Origin: Candidatus Moraniibacteriota bacterium
Lineage (GTDB): Bacteria > Patescibacteriota > Minisyncoccia > CAIUEV01
Length of the DNA: 37,184 nt
Reading direction: 5' to 3'
NCBI GenBank assembly: GCA_016867255.1
Contig: VGKB01000002.1
Location: 1 to 37,184, forward strand
Of the stretch, positions 1 to 7,901 are shown one piece after another. How positions within the stretch are numbered: position 1 is the stretch's first letter; each line of letters begins with the position of its first letter. The translations under genes and the position numbers were made by a program. The notes under the pieces are model-generated. The model did no database searches, was not told where the DNA came from, and worked only from the letters and a program-made list of their open reading frames with translations.

Positions 1-363
1 GGGGTAACGGTGGAAGCGAAAAAAACGGTAGATATGAATCGTCCCGCGCCAGAACGGTACAGGGCAAGGGTGGAAGTGCGCGACACCGGCATCGGGATCA
101 AAAAAGAAGAGCAGGCAAACCTTTTCAAGAAATTCGTGCGCGCCGGCGAGGGCAGCAAGGTAAACGTGGTGGGCACCGGACTGGGACTTTATGTGGTTCG
201 CAAAATGATTGAGGCCCATAAAGGCAGAATTTGGGCCGAGTCCGCCGGCGAGGGCCGCGGCTCAAGTTTTATTATTGAGCTGCCGCTTAATCTGCCTCAT
301 CCTCCCGAAAAGGAGTTTGTGAAAAGAGTGGTGATGGAAAAAGACTTGAGCCCTAAAACTTAA
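1..363 (+). CDS. Sensor histidine kinase, C-terminal HATPase_c domain (5'-truncated by window edge)
   Basis: G1 box VRDTGIGI, F box LFKKFVR, G2 box GTGLGLY and the GRGSSFIIELP tail. The frame is open back to position 1. Confidence 0.9.
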   Translation, partial: GVTVEAKKTVDMNRPAPERYRARVEVRDTGIGIKKEEQANLFKKFVRAGEGSKVNVVGTGLGLYVVRKMIEAHKGRIWAESAGEGRGSSFIIELPLNLPHPPEKEFVKRVVMEKDLSPKT

Positions 364-364
364 A

Positions 365-1000
365 ATGAAACCCAAAAACCCAAAATTAAACTCAAGTATG
401 GCCAATAAAATATTCTTCATTGTTTTCGGCTTGCTGATCGCCGGGTCAGTGGCGGTTACTTATTGGCGCATCATGGTAAAACGCGATTACATCATTTCCG
501 CCCAGCAGGAATGCGATCCGGCTCTGGAAGCCTGTTTCGTTTATGAATGCGATCCAGAGGACCCGGAAGATCCGGAATGCGCCGCTCTTCCCGAAGAAGA
601 ACGCGTAAACTACTACAAAATCATCAGGAAAAACGCCAAAAACATTCCGCCCTGCGATGCCCAGAACAACGAATGCCCCGAAGTTTTGATTTGTGAAGAA
701 GGTGAGGAAGAATGTGAATTTGAATACTGCACCGAAGAAAATGTTCCCGAGGGAGAGTCATGCAATAATCCGGAAGAATATCTGGCGGAAAACCCGCCGG
801 AGGAATGCGGTTGTGAAGGAGAAGACGCGGATTCGCCTTTGACGGAAAAAGAGACTGAAACTGACGTGGATTCAGCGGAACCTGAAACTCCTGAGGTTGA
901 AGCTGAAACTGGCGCAGGCGAAGAAACGGCTGGAGACACTGCCGGCAGCGAGGAAGAATCCGCCGAAGAATCCTCCTGCGACTGCTCCGCCGAGGAGTAA
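365..1000 (+). CDS. Single-pass membrane/exported Cys-rich acidic protein
   Basis: N-terminal hydrophobic helix (IFFIVFGLLIAGSVAVTYW), a Cys/Glu/Asp/Pro-rich domain and an acidic low-complexity tail. Confidence 0.75.
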   Translation: MKPKNPKLNSSMANKIFFIVFGLLIAGSVAVTYWRIMVKRDYIISAQQECDPALEACFVYECDPEDPEDPECAALPEEERVNYYKIIRKNAKNIPPCDAQNNECPEVLICEEGEEECEFEYCTEENVPEGESCNNPEEYLAENPPEECGCEGEDADSPLTEKETETDVDSAEPETPEVEAETGAGEETAGDTAGSEEESAEESSCDCSAEE

Positions 1001-1020
1001 ACCCCTGGAAGGTACCCCCA

Positions 1021-1048
1021 AGGACATTTCTAAAAATTTGTAAGAAAA
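1021..1048 (+). repeat. 28-bp direct repeat A, copy 1 (copy 2 at 3244-3271)
   Basis: AGGACATTTCTAAAAATTTGTAAGAAAA is identical at both positions. Confidence 0.95.
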
Positions 1049-1050
1049 AT

Positions 1051-1206
1051 CCCGATTTTGCTTGACAATTTTGTATAAATGGCCAGAATTAAGAGTTGCC
1101 GTAATAGCAAGTTCTTTGAAAAAACCGAGTTTTACTCGGTCCACGCGAGAACCCGGTCTACCCGGTTAACTCGTGAACAATCTCCGTAGGAGGTGCCGCG
1201 ATGAAC
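1051..1206 (+). repeat. Duplicated promoter/leader module B, copy 1 (copy 2 at 5155-5310)
   Basis: 156 nt with 4 mismatches by eye; offset 4104. Confidence 0.95.
1062..1200 (+). promoter_or_regulatory. Promoter + boxB-like hairpin + boxA + structured leader + SD (module M1)
   Basis: TTGACA (1062), 16 bp, CAGAAT (1084); TTGCC-gtaat-AGCAA (1096-1110); GTTCTTTGAAAA (1111-1122); two further hairpins; AGGAGG before ATG 1201. Confidence 0.7.
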
Positions 1207-1335
1207 GGCAAGCTGAGTTGGCTGAAGCGTGCCGCGAACTCCATCGCGGCGCAAACTAAGAAACCCTTAAACTTCTTATATGCTTGGCGAGTCCGCCTCG
1301 CCACCATCGGAACTTTCCACCATTATAAAAATTAA
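1201..1335 (+). pseudogene. Truncated 44-aa paralog of the membrane protein at 5305-5877
   Basis: MNGKLSWLKRAANSIAA... aligns with MNVFAEWLKRCAAFFAA...; same leader and ATG position; early TAA at 1333-1335. Confidence 0.7.
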
Positions 1336-1351
1336 ATACCCCGTTGCAAGA

Positions 1352-1882
1352 TCAACAACTCCCCTTAATTCTAAAATGTCCCGTTGAGTGAGTGTGTTTA
1401 TATTTCATTTTGCCATGAGGTTTATCCCGAATAACTTTAAAATCTGGATTTGCGTGGAACTTTTCTGCTAATAATTTCAACTCCTCTTTCGTCGGGAAAA
1501 ATACTTCTGTTTTTCTCTTCTCCCTCATATTTTTTACTGTTTTGTCATCTGACATAAGCATTCTGACAATTATTTCCCCCCCTAGCCTAAGCTTCTCGTA
1601 GTATTTTTCGATGAGATCGTATGCTTCTTTTTTGGACATGAACATCAACACGTAAGAGAAAATAACCAAGTCAAATTTTATATTTAAATCAACATCCCTT
1701 ATATTTTTATTTATTAAGGTTATGCTTTTTTCTTGATGAGCTTTCTTGATGTTCCTCCTAGCCGCTTCAAAAATAGTTTTGTTTTTTTCAACTCCAAAAA
1801 CAATAAATCCCTTTTTAGCAAAATCAATTGCCTCTATAGCTTCACCGCAGCCAACATCTAAGAGTCTTTTTCTGTTCATCAT
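1352..1882 (-). CDS. Class I SAM-dependent methyltransferase (TehB-like size)
   Basis: Motif I LLDVGCGEA, acidic post-I residue in VFGVEK, and KFDLVIFSYVL. Confidence 0.85.
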   Translation of the reverse strand: MMNRKRLLDVGCGEAIEAIDFAKKGFIVFGVEKNKTIFEAARRNIKKAHQEKSITLINKNIRDVDLNIKFDLVIFSYVLMFMSKKEAYDLIEKYYEKLRLGGEIIVRMLMSDDKTVKNMREKRKTEVFFPTKEELKLLAEKFHANPDFKVIRDKPHGKMKYKHTHSTGHFRIKGSC

Positions 1883-1908
1883 ATTTAAAAATAGTAAATT
1901 TTGAGAAT

Positions 1909-1949
1909 GAGGCGTGACTTATTTGAATTTAAATGACGCCTCTTTTTTT
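1909..1949. terminator. Hairpin / probable intrinsic terminator
   Basis: GAGGCGT...ACGCCTC stem followed by T7 on +; lies directly after the minus-strand SPASM remnant. Confidence 0.55.
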
Positions 1950-1950
1950 G

Positions 1951-2067
1951 TCATAAACTTCTCCAACACTGAGGATCTTTTTTTCTCCAATCGCCGCTAT
2001 ATTGCCCATAAGAAACAGCTGGGCACCCTCGGCAATAAAACTTTAGTTCGCACCTAGCGCATTCCAT
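1951..2067 (-). pseudogene. 3' remnant of a radical SAM SPASM domain (38 aa, absent from ORF track)
   Basis: MECARCELKFYCRGCPAVSYGQYSGDWRKKDPQCWRSL* matches the CX2CX5CX2C...GD....DP.CW end of SPASM domains; abuts the 27-bp repeat. Confidence 0.75.
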
Positions 2068-2068
2068 T

Positions 2069-2095
2069 ATTTATAGCAAGGCGCTGTCCTTGAAA
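2069..2095 (+). repeat. 27-bp direct repeat C, copy 1 (copy 2 at 2958-2984)
   Basis: ATTTATAGCAAGGCGCTGTCCTTGAAA is identical at both sites; internal inverted repeat CAAGG-N6-CCTTG. Confidence 0.95.
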
Positions 2096-2146
2096 ATTTG
2101 TGAAATGACGACAGGGATCCCCCTCATTGGCGATCTTTCTGGAAAT

Positions 2147-2575
2147 TTACTTAATGTAGCTAATCAGGTAGGTGTCAATAAATTTCTTGATGGCCGCTAC
2201 GGTTTCGTCTTTTAATTTTGGATTGCTTTCCGCCACCCACTTGGCAAAATTGTATAATTCCCTGTTGTCGACTTTCACCCATTTCTTGTTCTTGTAGAGA
2301 AAATAAAACAAGGTGGTCATGGCTATCCGCTTGTTGCCATTTTCGAAAGGATGGTTCTTTATCATTAAATAAAACAAGATGGAAGCTTTGCCCAAAAGCC
2401 CCTGGTACAGTAATTTTTTCCCAAAAGTTTGAAATGGAACCGCCACACAGCTTTCTAATATCCCCGGAAAGCGTGAATTAAAATCGGGGATCGGTTCGTC
2501 CCAGCGCATCATTTCCCTCGCCAGAATATGGGTTACGTGTTTGATTTCAAAAATGGTTAGCGGTTTTATTTTCAT
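2147..2575 (-). CDS. Fic/Doc (death-on-curing) family toxin
   Basis: Doc-type motif KNHPFENGNKRIA; 142 aa; 4-bp overlap with the upstream gene. Confidence 0.9.
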   Translation of the reverse strand: MKIKPLTIFEIKHVTHILAREMMRWDEPIPDFNSRFPGILESCVAVPFQTFGKKLLYQGLLGKASILFYLMIKNHPFENGNKRIAMTTLFYFLYKNKKWVKVDNRELYNFAKWVAESNPKLKDETVAAIKKFIDTYLISYIK

Positions 2576-2826
2576 TCCTTCCCTAATAAAATTAGTGTTT
2601 CTTTGTATTCTTTGACCGTTTTCCGCACCGATTTTTCAATTTCTTTTTTCTCTTTTTCGGACGGTTCCTTTTTAAAAATATCTGGAAGGTTTTTCCTCTC
2701 AATGGCATAGATCCGACCGATTTTTTCCGCCTTTAACTTGCCCGACTTTATCTTTTTAAACACGGCGATCCGGCTGATTCCCAAAATTTTCGCCATTTCG
2801 GCAGTAGTGAAATGTTTTTTTATCAT
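2572..2826 (-). CDS. Excisionase-like HTH (HTH_17) protein, probable antitoxin of Doc
   Basis: FTTAEMAKILGISRIAVFKKIKSGKLKAEKIGRIYAI; C-terminal helix ending YKETLILLG; translationally coupled to the toxin. Confidence 0.8.
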   Translation of the reverse strand: MIKKHFTTAEMAKILGISRIAVFKKIKSGKLKAEKIGRIYAIERKNLPDIFKKEPSEKEKKEIEKSVRKTVKEYKETLILLGKE

Positions 2827-2832
2827 GGGAGT

Positions 2833-2879
2833 ATTTTAATTTATGTTAACCATTTAGTCAATAGTTAACAATCGTTAAC
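2833..2879 (-). promoter_or_regulatory. Toxin-antitoxin promoter with GTTAAC operator palindromes
   Basis: TTGACT (2861-2856), 17 bp, TAAAAT (2838-2833), then ATG 6 nt later; GTTAAC at 2845, 2864 and 2874. Confidence 0.65.
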
Positions 2880-2957
2880 CAATTTTGCTTGACTATACAA
2901 AAAAAGGTTTCAAAATAAATACCAGAAAAGGTTGTTTGGCTTCTTTGCTAATACTTA

Positions 2958-2984
2958 ATTTATAGCAAGGCGCTGTCCTTGAAA
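2958..2984 (+). repeat. 27-bp direct repeat C, copy 2
   Basis: Identical to 2069-2095. Confidence 0.95.
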
Positions 2985-3243
2985 GCCCGCCAATTATTTG
3001 AATTTCTAATCACTGACGTCTTCAAAACGCAAAAAGTGAAAAAGCGGGAAATGAAAAGATGAAAAATAGACCAAAACTGGCCGAAACGCTTGACAAAACC
3101 GTGGTTATTTAATATTACTATTTCAGTAAAGTGCGATTATTTATACTTTAATGAAACAGAAAAAGTTAGTTCTCTTGGTCGTGTCCGAAACTTCCACGAT
3201 TCTCTGGAAAGAGAAATAAAGAGATACCTATGATCCTAAAAAT

Positions 3244-3271
3244 AGGACATTTCTAAAAATTTGTAAGAAAA
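3244..3271 (+). repeat. 28-bp direct repeat A, copy 2
   Basis: Identical to 1021-1048. Confidence 0.95.
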
Positions 3272-3356
3272 CCTGTCAAATGCTTGCAATAAAAATTTTT
3301 TAGTGTAGAAATAATCTAAAATGATGATTATTCTTATAACATAACTTCAAAAACCC

Positions 3357-4292
3357 ATGCCGCTGATAAATAACGACTTAAAAATTGTGGAGTTTTTCCG
3401 AAAAAATTTCAAAGAAGTTGAAAATAAATTAAGGAAAAAGAGAATAGTAATAATCTACGGTGGATTTTCTGAGGAAAGGGGAACTTCAATTGAAAGTGGT
3501 AGTTCGGTTTACAAAGAGCTTAAAAAAAACGGTTTTAAAACGATCAAGATTGATCCTTCGCAAAGAAATTTTATCCCCCTTCTAAATAAAAAAGTCGACC
3601 TTGTTTTTAATTGCCTCCATGGTTCCTTTGGGGAAAGCGGTCATCTCCCAGCAATTTTAGATTATCTAAAAGTACCCTATACGTTTTCTGGGGTTTACGC
3701 TTCTGCCGTTACAATGGATAAAATTTATTTTAAATCGATTGCCAAGAAATTAGGATTTAATTGTCCTTTAGACAATCTTGATAAGGATAAATTATCCAAA
3801 AAACAAACTAGATTCATTTATAAAAAAATCAGAGGCGGTAGTAGTAAGGGCATGCGAATAGTTGACACAATTAGGCCAAAAAATGGATGTTTTGTCGAGG
3901 AGTTCGTTGACGGAAATTTTTTAACAATGGGGATTTTTGAACAAAAGGGGTCATTTTACCCTTTGGGAATAGTATCTTTTATAGCCAGGGAGAGAGAATT
4001 TTACGATGAAGCAGCTAAGTATCAAGGGCTATACAAATATAGTAAATATAGCGGAGCAAACGCGGAGAAGATTAGAGAAATATCTATAAAGGTTTCTGAT
4101 TTTTTGGATATAAAAGGCGCTGCCCGCCTTGATTTTATCGAAAAGGATAGCCAGCTTTTCCTGCTGGAAATTAACAGTGTGCCCGGCATCTACCCTAAAA
4201 GTAATTTGGCTTGTTCCGCCCGGCTCGCGAATTTTAGCTACTATGAATTACTGGTTTGGATACTAAACAACGCCGGTTATTCAAAATTATAA
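3357..4292 (+). CDS. ddl: D-alanine--D-alanine ligase-like ATP-grasp protein
   Basis: YGGFSEERGTSIESG, LHGSFGESG, GGSSKG, VEEFVDG, FYDEAAKY and LEINSVPG motifs; central domain shortened. Confidence 0.8.
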   Translation: MPLINNDLKIVEFFRKNFKEVENKLRKKRIVIIYGGFSEERGTSIESGSSVYKELKKNGFKTIKIDPSQRNFIPLLNKKVDLVFNCLHGSFGESGHLPAILDYLKVPYTFSGVYASAVTMDKIYFKSIAKKLGFNCPLDNLDKDKLSKKQTRFIYKKIRGGSSKGMRIVDTIRPKNGCFVEEFVDGNFLTMGIFEQKGSFYPLGIVSFIAREREFYDEAAKYQGLYKYSKYSGANAEKIREISIKVSDFLDIKGAARLDFIEKDSQLFLLEINSVPGIYPKSNLACSARLANFSYYELLVWILNNAGYSKL

Positions 4293-4298
4293 TTCTAT

Positions 4299-4952
4299 AT
4301 GGGTTACGAAAAATCAAATCTCAACGATGGAAATGAGAGAGAAAAAACAGAAAGCATTATTATTGAGAACGTTCCGTTTGTTACGCAACTATACGATACA
4401 GATAATTATCAGATTCTAGGCTTTAAAGACTTAGCTGAAGCCGAACACTGGTCAAAAAGAGACTGTGGAATAGTTTGTATTGAAATGGCAGTGAGGTTTT
4501 TTCTTCCGGATCTCAAGATAAGAACAAAGGAATTAATTAATATGGGATTGCAAATCCACGCTTATAAAGAAAATGTTGGTTGGATACACGATGGTTTAGT
4601 AGAAATTGCTACCAGGTTGGGCTTGAAAGCTAGCCGGGAAAGTATCGGAGGAGATCTAGAGAAAATTAAAAACCACTTGGAGGAAAACAGACTGGTGATA
4701 GCATCCATATCGCATGGTTTTGAGGTGGGAAAAGAATATAAAGAAGAAAATGGATCAGTTTATATTGTACCGCGAGGGGGTCACTTGGCGGTTATATTCG
4801 GGATAACCGAAAAACTAGGGAAAATTAAGAGTATTTATCTTCACCACCCTTCTCCATACAAAACATATAGCTGGAAAAACTATTCAGTTTCAGCTAACAA
4901 ATTTATGGGTTCTTTCTCCGAAAGAGGAAACATCATTTCCCTGGGTAAGTAA
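4299..4952 (+). CDS. Peptidase C39-like (papain-fold) protein
   Basis: NVPFVTQ, catalytic-type DCGIVCIEMA, GGHLAVIFG and LHHPS. Confidence 0.75.
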   Translation: MGYEKSNLNDGNEREKTESIIIENVPFVTQLYDTDNYQILGFKDLAEAEHWSKRDCGIVCIEMAVRFFLPDLKIRTKELINMGLQIHAYKENVGWIHDGLVEIATRLGLKASRESIGGDLEKIKNHLEENRLVIASISHGFEVGKEYKEENGSVYIVPRGGHLAVIFGITEKLGKIKSIYLHHPSPYKTYSWKNYSVSANKFMGSFSERGNIISLGK

Positions 4953-5154
4953 AGATTTTGTCGTTCCAAGCCGACAGAGAAAAAATAAGGTTTATTATTG
5001 ACTATTGCGATAAAAATAACATCGATTACATCGGCCAAACTGGGTTAACCCCAACCCTGCCTGTATAAATCTCGGGTGTCTTTTATATTTTTAAAGCTAC
5101 AATGTTTTTTCGGATCATCAATAATAGAATAGAGGGGAGATTTTAGCCCGAAAC

Positions 5155-5304
5155 CCCGATTTTGCTTGACAATTTTGTATAAATGGCCAGAATTAAGAGT
5201 TGCCGTAATGGCAAGTTCTTTGAAAAAACCGAGTTTCGCTCGGTCCACGCGAGAACCCGGTCTACCCGGTTAACTCGTGAACAATCTCTGTAGGAGGTGC
5301 CGCG
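5155..5304 (+). promoter_or_regulatory. Promoter + boxB-like hairpin + boxA + structured leader + SD (module M2; copy 2 of repeat B)
   Basis: TTGACA (5166), 16 bp, CAGAAT; perfect TTGCC-gtaat-GGCAA; GTTCTTTGAAAA (5215-5226); ACCGAG/CTCGGT hairpin; AGGAGG. Confidence 0.75.
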
Positions 5305-5877
5305 ATGAACGTTTTCGCTGAGTGGCTGAAGAGATGCGCCGCGTTCTTCGCGGCCCATTGGGAAAAACTGAAAAAGCTGGGAATTACTGTTATTGGATGG
5401 ACTAGCAATAGCGCCGTGGAGGCCGCGTTTAATTACGTGATCTACCCATTCATTATTGTGAAGTTTGGCGTTTTGCTTGGCGTTTCCATTGCGGTAATAG
5501 CTTCTTTCACAATTTGTTGCCTGACTTTTCGTTTTTACGATTGGTCTCAAAAGGACTGGTTCGGAATCGAGAAGATAAAAGAGATTCGCGAAGGAAAGGG
5601 AGATACAAAGGTTGGATGGTTCGCTTCGCGTTTTTTAAAAGGTAGCAAGTGGTTGGCTTTTGTCTACATCACATTCAAATTTGATGCTTTTATGGCAACC
5701 ATATTCATGCGGGAAGGAGCGTATCAATTCAACGAACTGAGCCGGAGAGACAAAAAAATCTTCCTGTTTAGCTTCTTCCTTAGCGCCATCACATGGTGGC
5801 CACTAGTTTGCGGGGTTCTCTATGGAGGAGAGTGGGCCTGGGAAACTTGGTTCAAAGATCTCGCAAACATTTTTTAG
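5305..5877 (+). CDS. Hypothetical multi-pass membrane protein
   Basis: 190 aa with several hydrophobic segments; strong SD upstream and terminator downstream. Confidence 0.8.
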   Translation: MNVFAEWLKRCAAFFAAHWEKLKKLGITVIGWTSNSAVEAAFNYVIYPFIIVKFGVLLGVSIAVIASFTICCLTFRFYDWSQKDWFGIEKIKEIREGKGDTKVGWFASRFLKGSKWLAFVYITFKFDAFMATIFMREGAYQFNELSRRDKKIFLFSFFLSAITWWPLVCGVLYGGEWAWETWFKDLANIF

Positions 5878-5891
5878 TAAATGACCCTGAC

Positions 5892-5921
5892 GGCGGCGTT
5901 GTTCCAACAACGCCGCCTTTT
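5892..5921 (+). terminator. Intrinsic terminator
   Basis: GGCGGCGTTGTT-cc-AACAACGCCGCC followed by TTTT. Confidence 0.8.
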
Positions 5922-5995
5922 AAAAAAAATCATTCCACCGTTGCGGATTTAATAAATTGGGATTATGATTTATCCGCTAGAATAATCTAAGCAAT

Positions 5996-6610
5996 GTGGC
6001 AAACAACAACGAGCAAAAAAACCTCTTGGAGAAAGAATTGGAGCTCAATCAATTTGAAGTCGAAACGATAGACAAGCCTGATGAAGAGATTTTTAGAAAA
6101 ATTATTAATCTTGAAAATTCTTGCATCCCTGAAAGTTGGAGGTTCTCGGAGGATTTCTATGAGCAAGAGTTATCCAAACCCGAAAATATAAAAATTATTC
6201 TCAGAACCAAAGACCGGGATAAAAAATTAATTGGATTGGTCCTTTTGGAACCATACAATAACAATCTCATAAATGAGATGCTGGAAGATGATCCCGAACT
6301 TAAAATAGTCGAGGGCTCCGCTTATTATATGATTACAATCGAAATAGATCCAGACTATCAAGGAATGGGACTCTCATCAACATTGTTTGATGCGATGGAA
6401 AGTGAGATGATTGTCAGAGGATCAAATAAACTAATATTGCACGCAAGAGTTAGTAATGGTTTCAGCAATTCCTTAGAAAAGAGATATGGTGATAGAATAA
6501 TTAATAAAAGGCGGATTGATAGATGGAAATATTACAAGCCAGAAGAGCCTTGTGACTATATGGAGATCCAATTAGAAAAAAAATATACTACAGATACCCC
6601 CACTCTTTAA
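5996..6610 (+). CDS. GNAT family N-acetyltransferase
   Basis: Acetyl-CoA motif A IEIDPDYQGMGLSSTL and LILHAR..NG; GTG start. Confidence 0.8.
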   Translation: MANNNEQKNLLEKELELNQFEVETIDKPDEEIFRKIINLENSCIPESWRFSEDFYEQELSKPENIKIILRTKDRDKKLIGLVLLEPYNNNLINEMLEDDPELKIVEGSAYYMITIEIDPDYQGMGLSSTLFDAMESEMIVRGSNKLILHARVSNGFSNSLEKRYGDRIINKRRIDRWKYYKPEEPCDYMEIQLEKKYTTDTPTL

Positions 6611-7901
6611 GTTTTTTTCTATCCTCTTTGATAAATTTTAACCCGATGTCTGTTCGGTAATATTTCTTTGGTATCACTACTTTTTCGATAATCGAATAGA
6701 CTTTCTTTCTGGCTTCCTTAATTGTTTTTCCTACTCCAGAAACGTGCATAATATATCCGCTATTTGCACAAATGTAATATTCTCCGGTCCTTTTCCTTGC
6801 TACCTCTTCGAGGTGAATATGTTTTTGATCTCCGATCTTAAAATTATCTTTAAAATATATCATTAGCCCTTTTGGAGAAAAACTTGTAAACATATTCCGA
6901 TAATAAGGGAATGGTGGAGCCGCCACAAGAACAACTATTCCAAATCCCTTCTTCCACCCCAGATTAAAATTTTTCCCATCAGCAACAGCCTTGAGAAACT
7001 CTGCCCAAGAAGAATTGTGAATCTCCATTTGCAATTGAGTAGCTGGGTATCCAAATCTTGCAGTAGCCTCAAGGGGAAAAACTCCTCTTCGATTAACAAT
7101 GCAGTTTATTGCAATGTCGCCACGAAAATTAATTCTCGCAAGATACTCCTTGAGCTTTGATAAAGTTTCTGAGTATACTTTATTTTTTTCATCATTCGAG
7201 TACCACATAAGAGTACCCATCTCGTCTGTCTTCGGGCCAACTCCCCCGTTAAAAAAATCTTTGTACTCAAAACTAATTTCGATCGGTCCAACCCAATTTT
7301 TCCCGTTAAAATATCTTGCTATGCTAATCTCTACACCCTTAATTCTTTTTTGCAAATCAAATTGAGAACAATTTTTATTTGTGTAATAACTACATTTATA
7401 ATTTTCTAATAGGCTTATCAGATCTCGGTTATCCTTAAATTTGCTTACGTAATTTAAAGTTTTATTACTGTCTCCGCTTTGTTTAATTACCCATGGACCA
7501 GGGTTGCTCTTTAAAAAATCAATGCCTTCTTTTATGTCGTAAAAGGTGGTCGATGGGGAAACGTTCATACCGACAAAACTAAAAATTTTCTGCCCATATT
7601 GCCTGTCTTTTTCTAATTTATCTCCAAGCTTACAGCCTCCCACTACAGAATATCCTTCATTCCTCAATTCATCCTGAACTTTTCCCATGCCAACATCATC
7701 AAAAACAATTAGCCCTTCTTTGCCAACCCAACTAACCCCTTTGTCCAGGTCGTCAATCTTTTCAACAACACCCTCTAAGATTTTCCTAATATCCTTATTC
7801 TTATCTTTTATAAACCACTTTACGTGGTTTCGCTCCCCCTTGAGCTTACAGCAGAGACTTGCTCCGTGGGCATCGGTTGGCGAAACAAAAAGAATACGCA
7901 T
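6588..7901 (-). CDS. PurD-like ATP-grasp ligase (non-canonical/archaeal-like phosphoribosylamine--glycine ligase type)
   Basis: LEKDRQYG, GPKTDEMGT, LEATARFGYP and C-terminal YYRTDIG; lacks the bacterial GxGGREHA N-terminal motif. Confidence 0.8.
   Translation of the reverse strand: MRILFVSPTDAHGASLCCKLKGERNHVKWFIKDKNKDIRKILEGVVEKIDDLDKGVSWVGKEGLIVFDDVGMGKVQDELRNEGYSVVGGCKLGDKLEKDRQYGQKIFSFVGMNVSPSTTFYDIKEGIDFLKSNPGPWVIKQSGDSNKTLNYVSKFKDNRDLISLLENYKCSYYTNKNCSQFDLQKRIKGVEISIARYFNGKNWVGPIEISFEYKDFFNGGVGPKTDEMGTLMWYSNDEKNKVYSETLSKLKEYLARINFRGDIAINCIVNRRGVFPLEATARFGYPATQLQMEIHNSSWAEFLKAVADGKNFNLGWKKGFGIVVLVAAPPFPYYRNMFTSFSPKGLMIYFKDNFKIGDQKHIHLEEVARKRTGEYYICANSGYIMHVSGVGKTIKEARKKVYSIIEKVVIPKKYYRTDIGLKFIKEDRKKLKEWGYL

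Noticed and set aside
1021..3271. 27-28-bp repeats as a CRISPR array
   Set aside because: Only two copies each, 0.9-2.2 kb apart, with no spacer periodicity and no cas genes.
3357..4292. VanA/VanB-type D-Ala-D-Lac ligase
   Set aside because: The omega loop has KY as in D-Ala-D-Ala ligases, and there are no vanH/vanX/vanRS neighbours.
872..5248. ORF-track paralogs 872-1144 and 5045-5248 (MDR.KLGFFKELAITATLNSGHLYK)
   Set aside because: These are antisense readings of the duplicated promoter/leader; similarity stops at the repeat edge.
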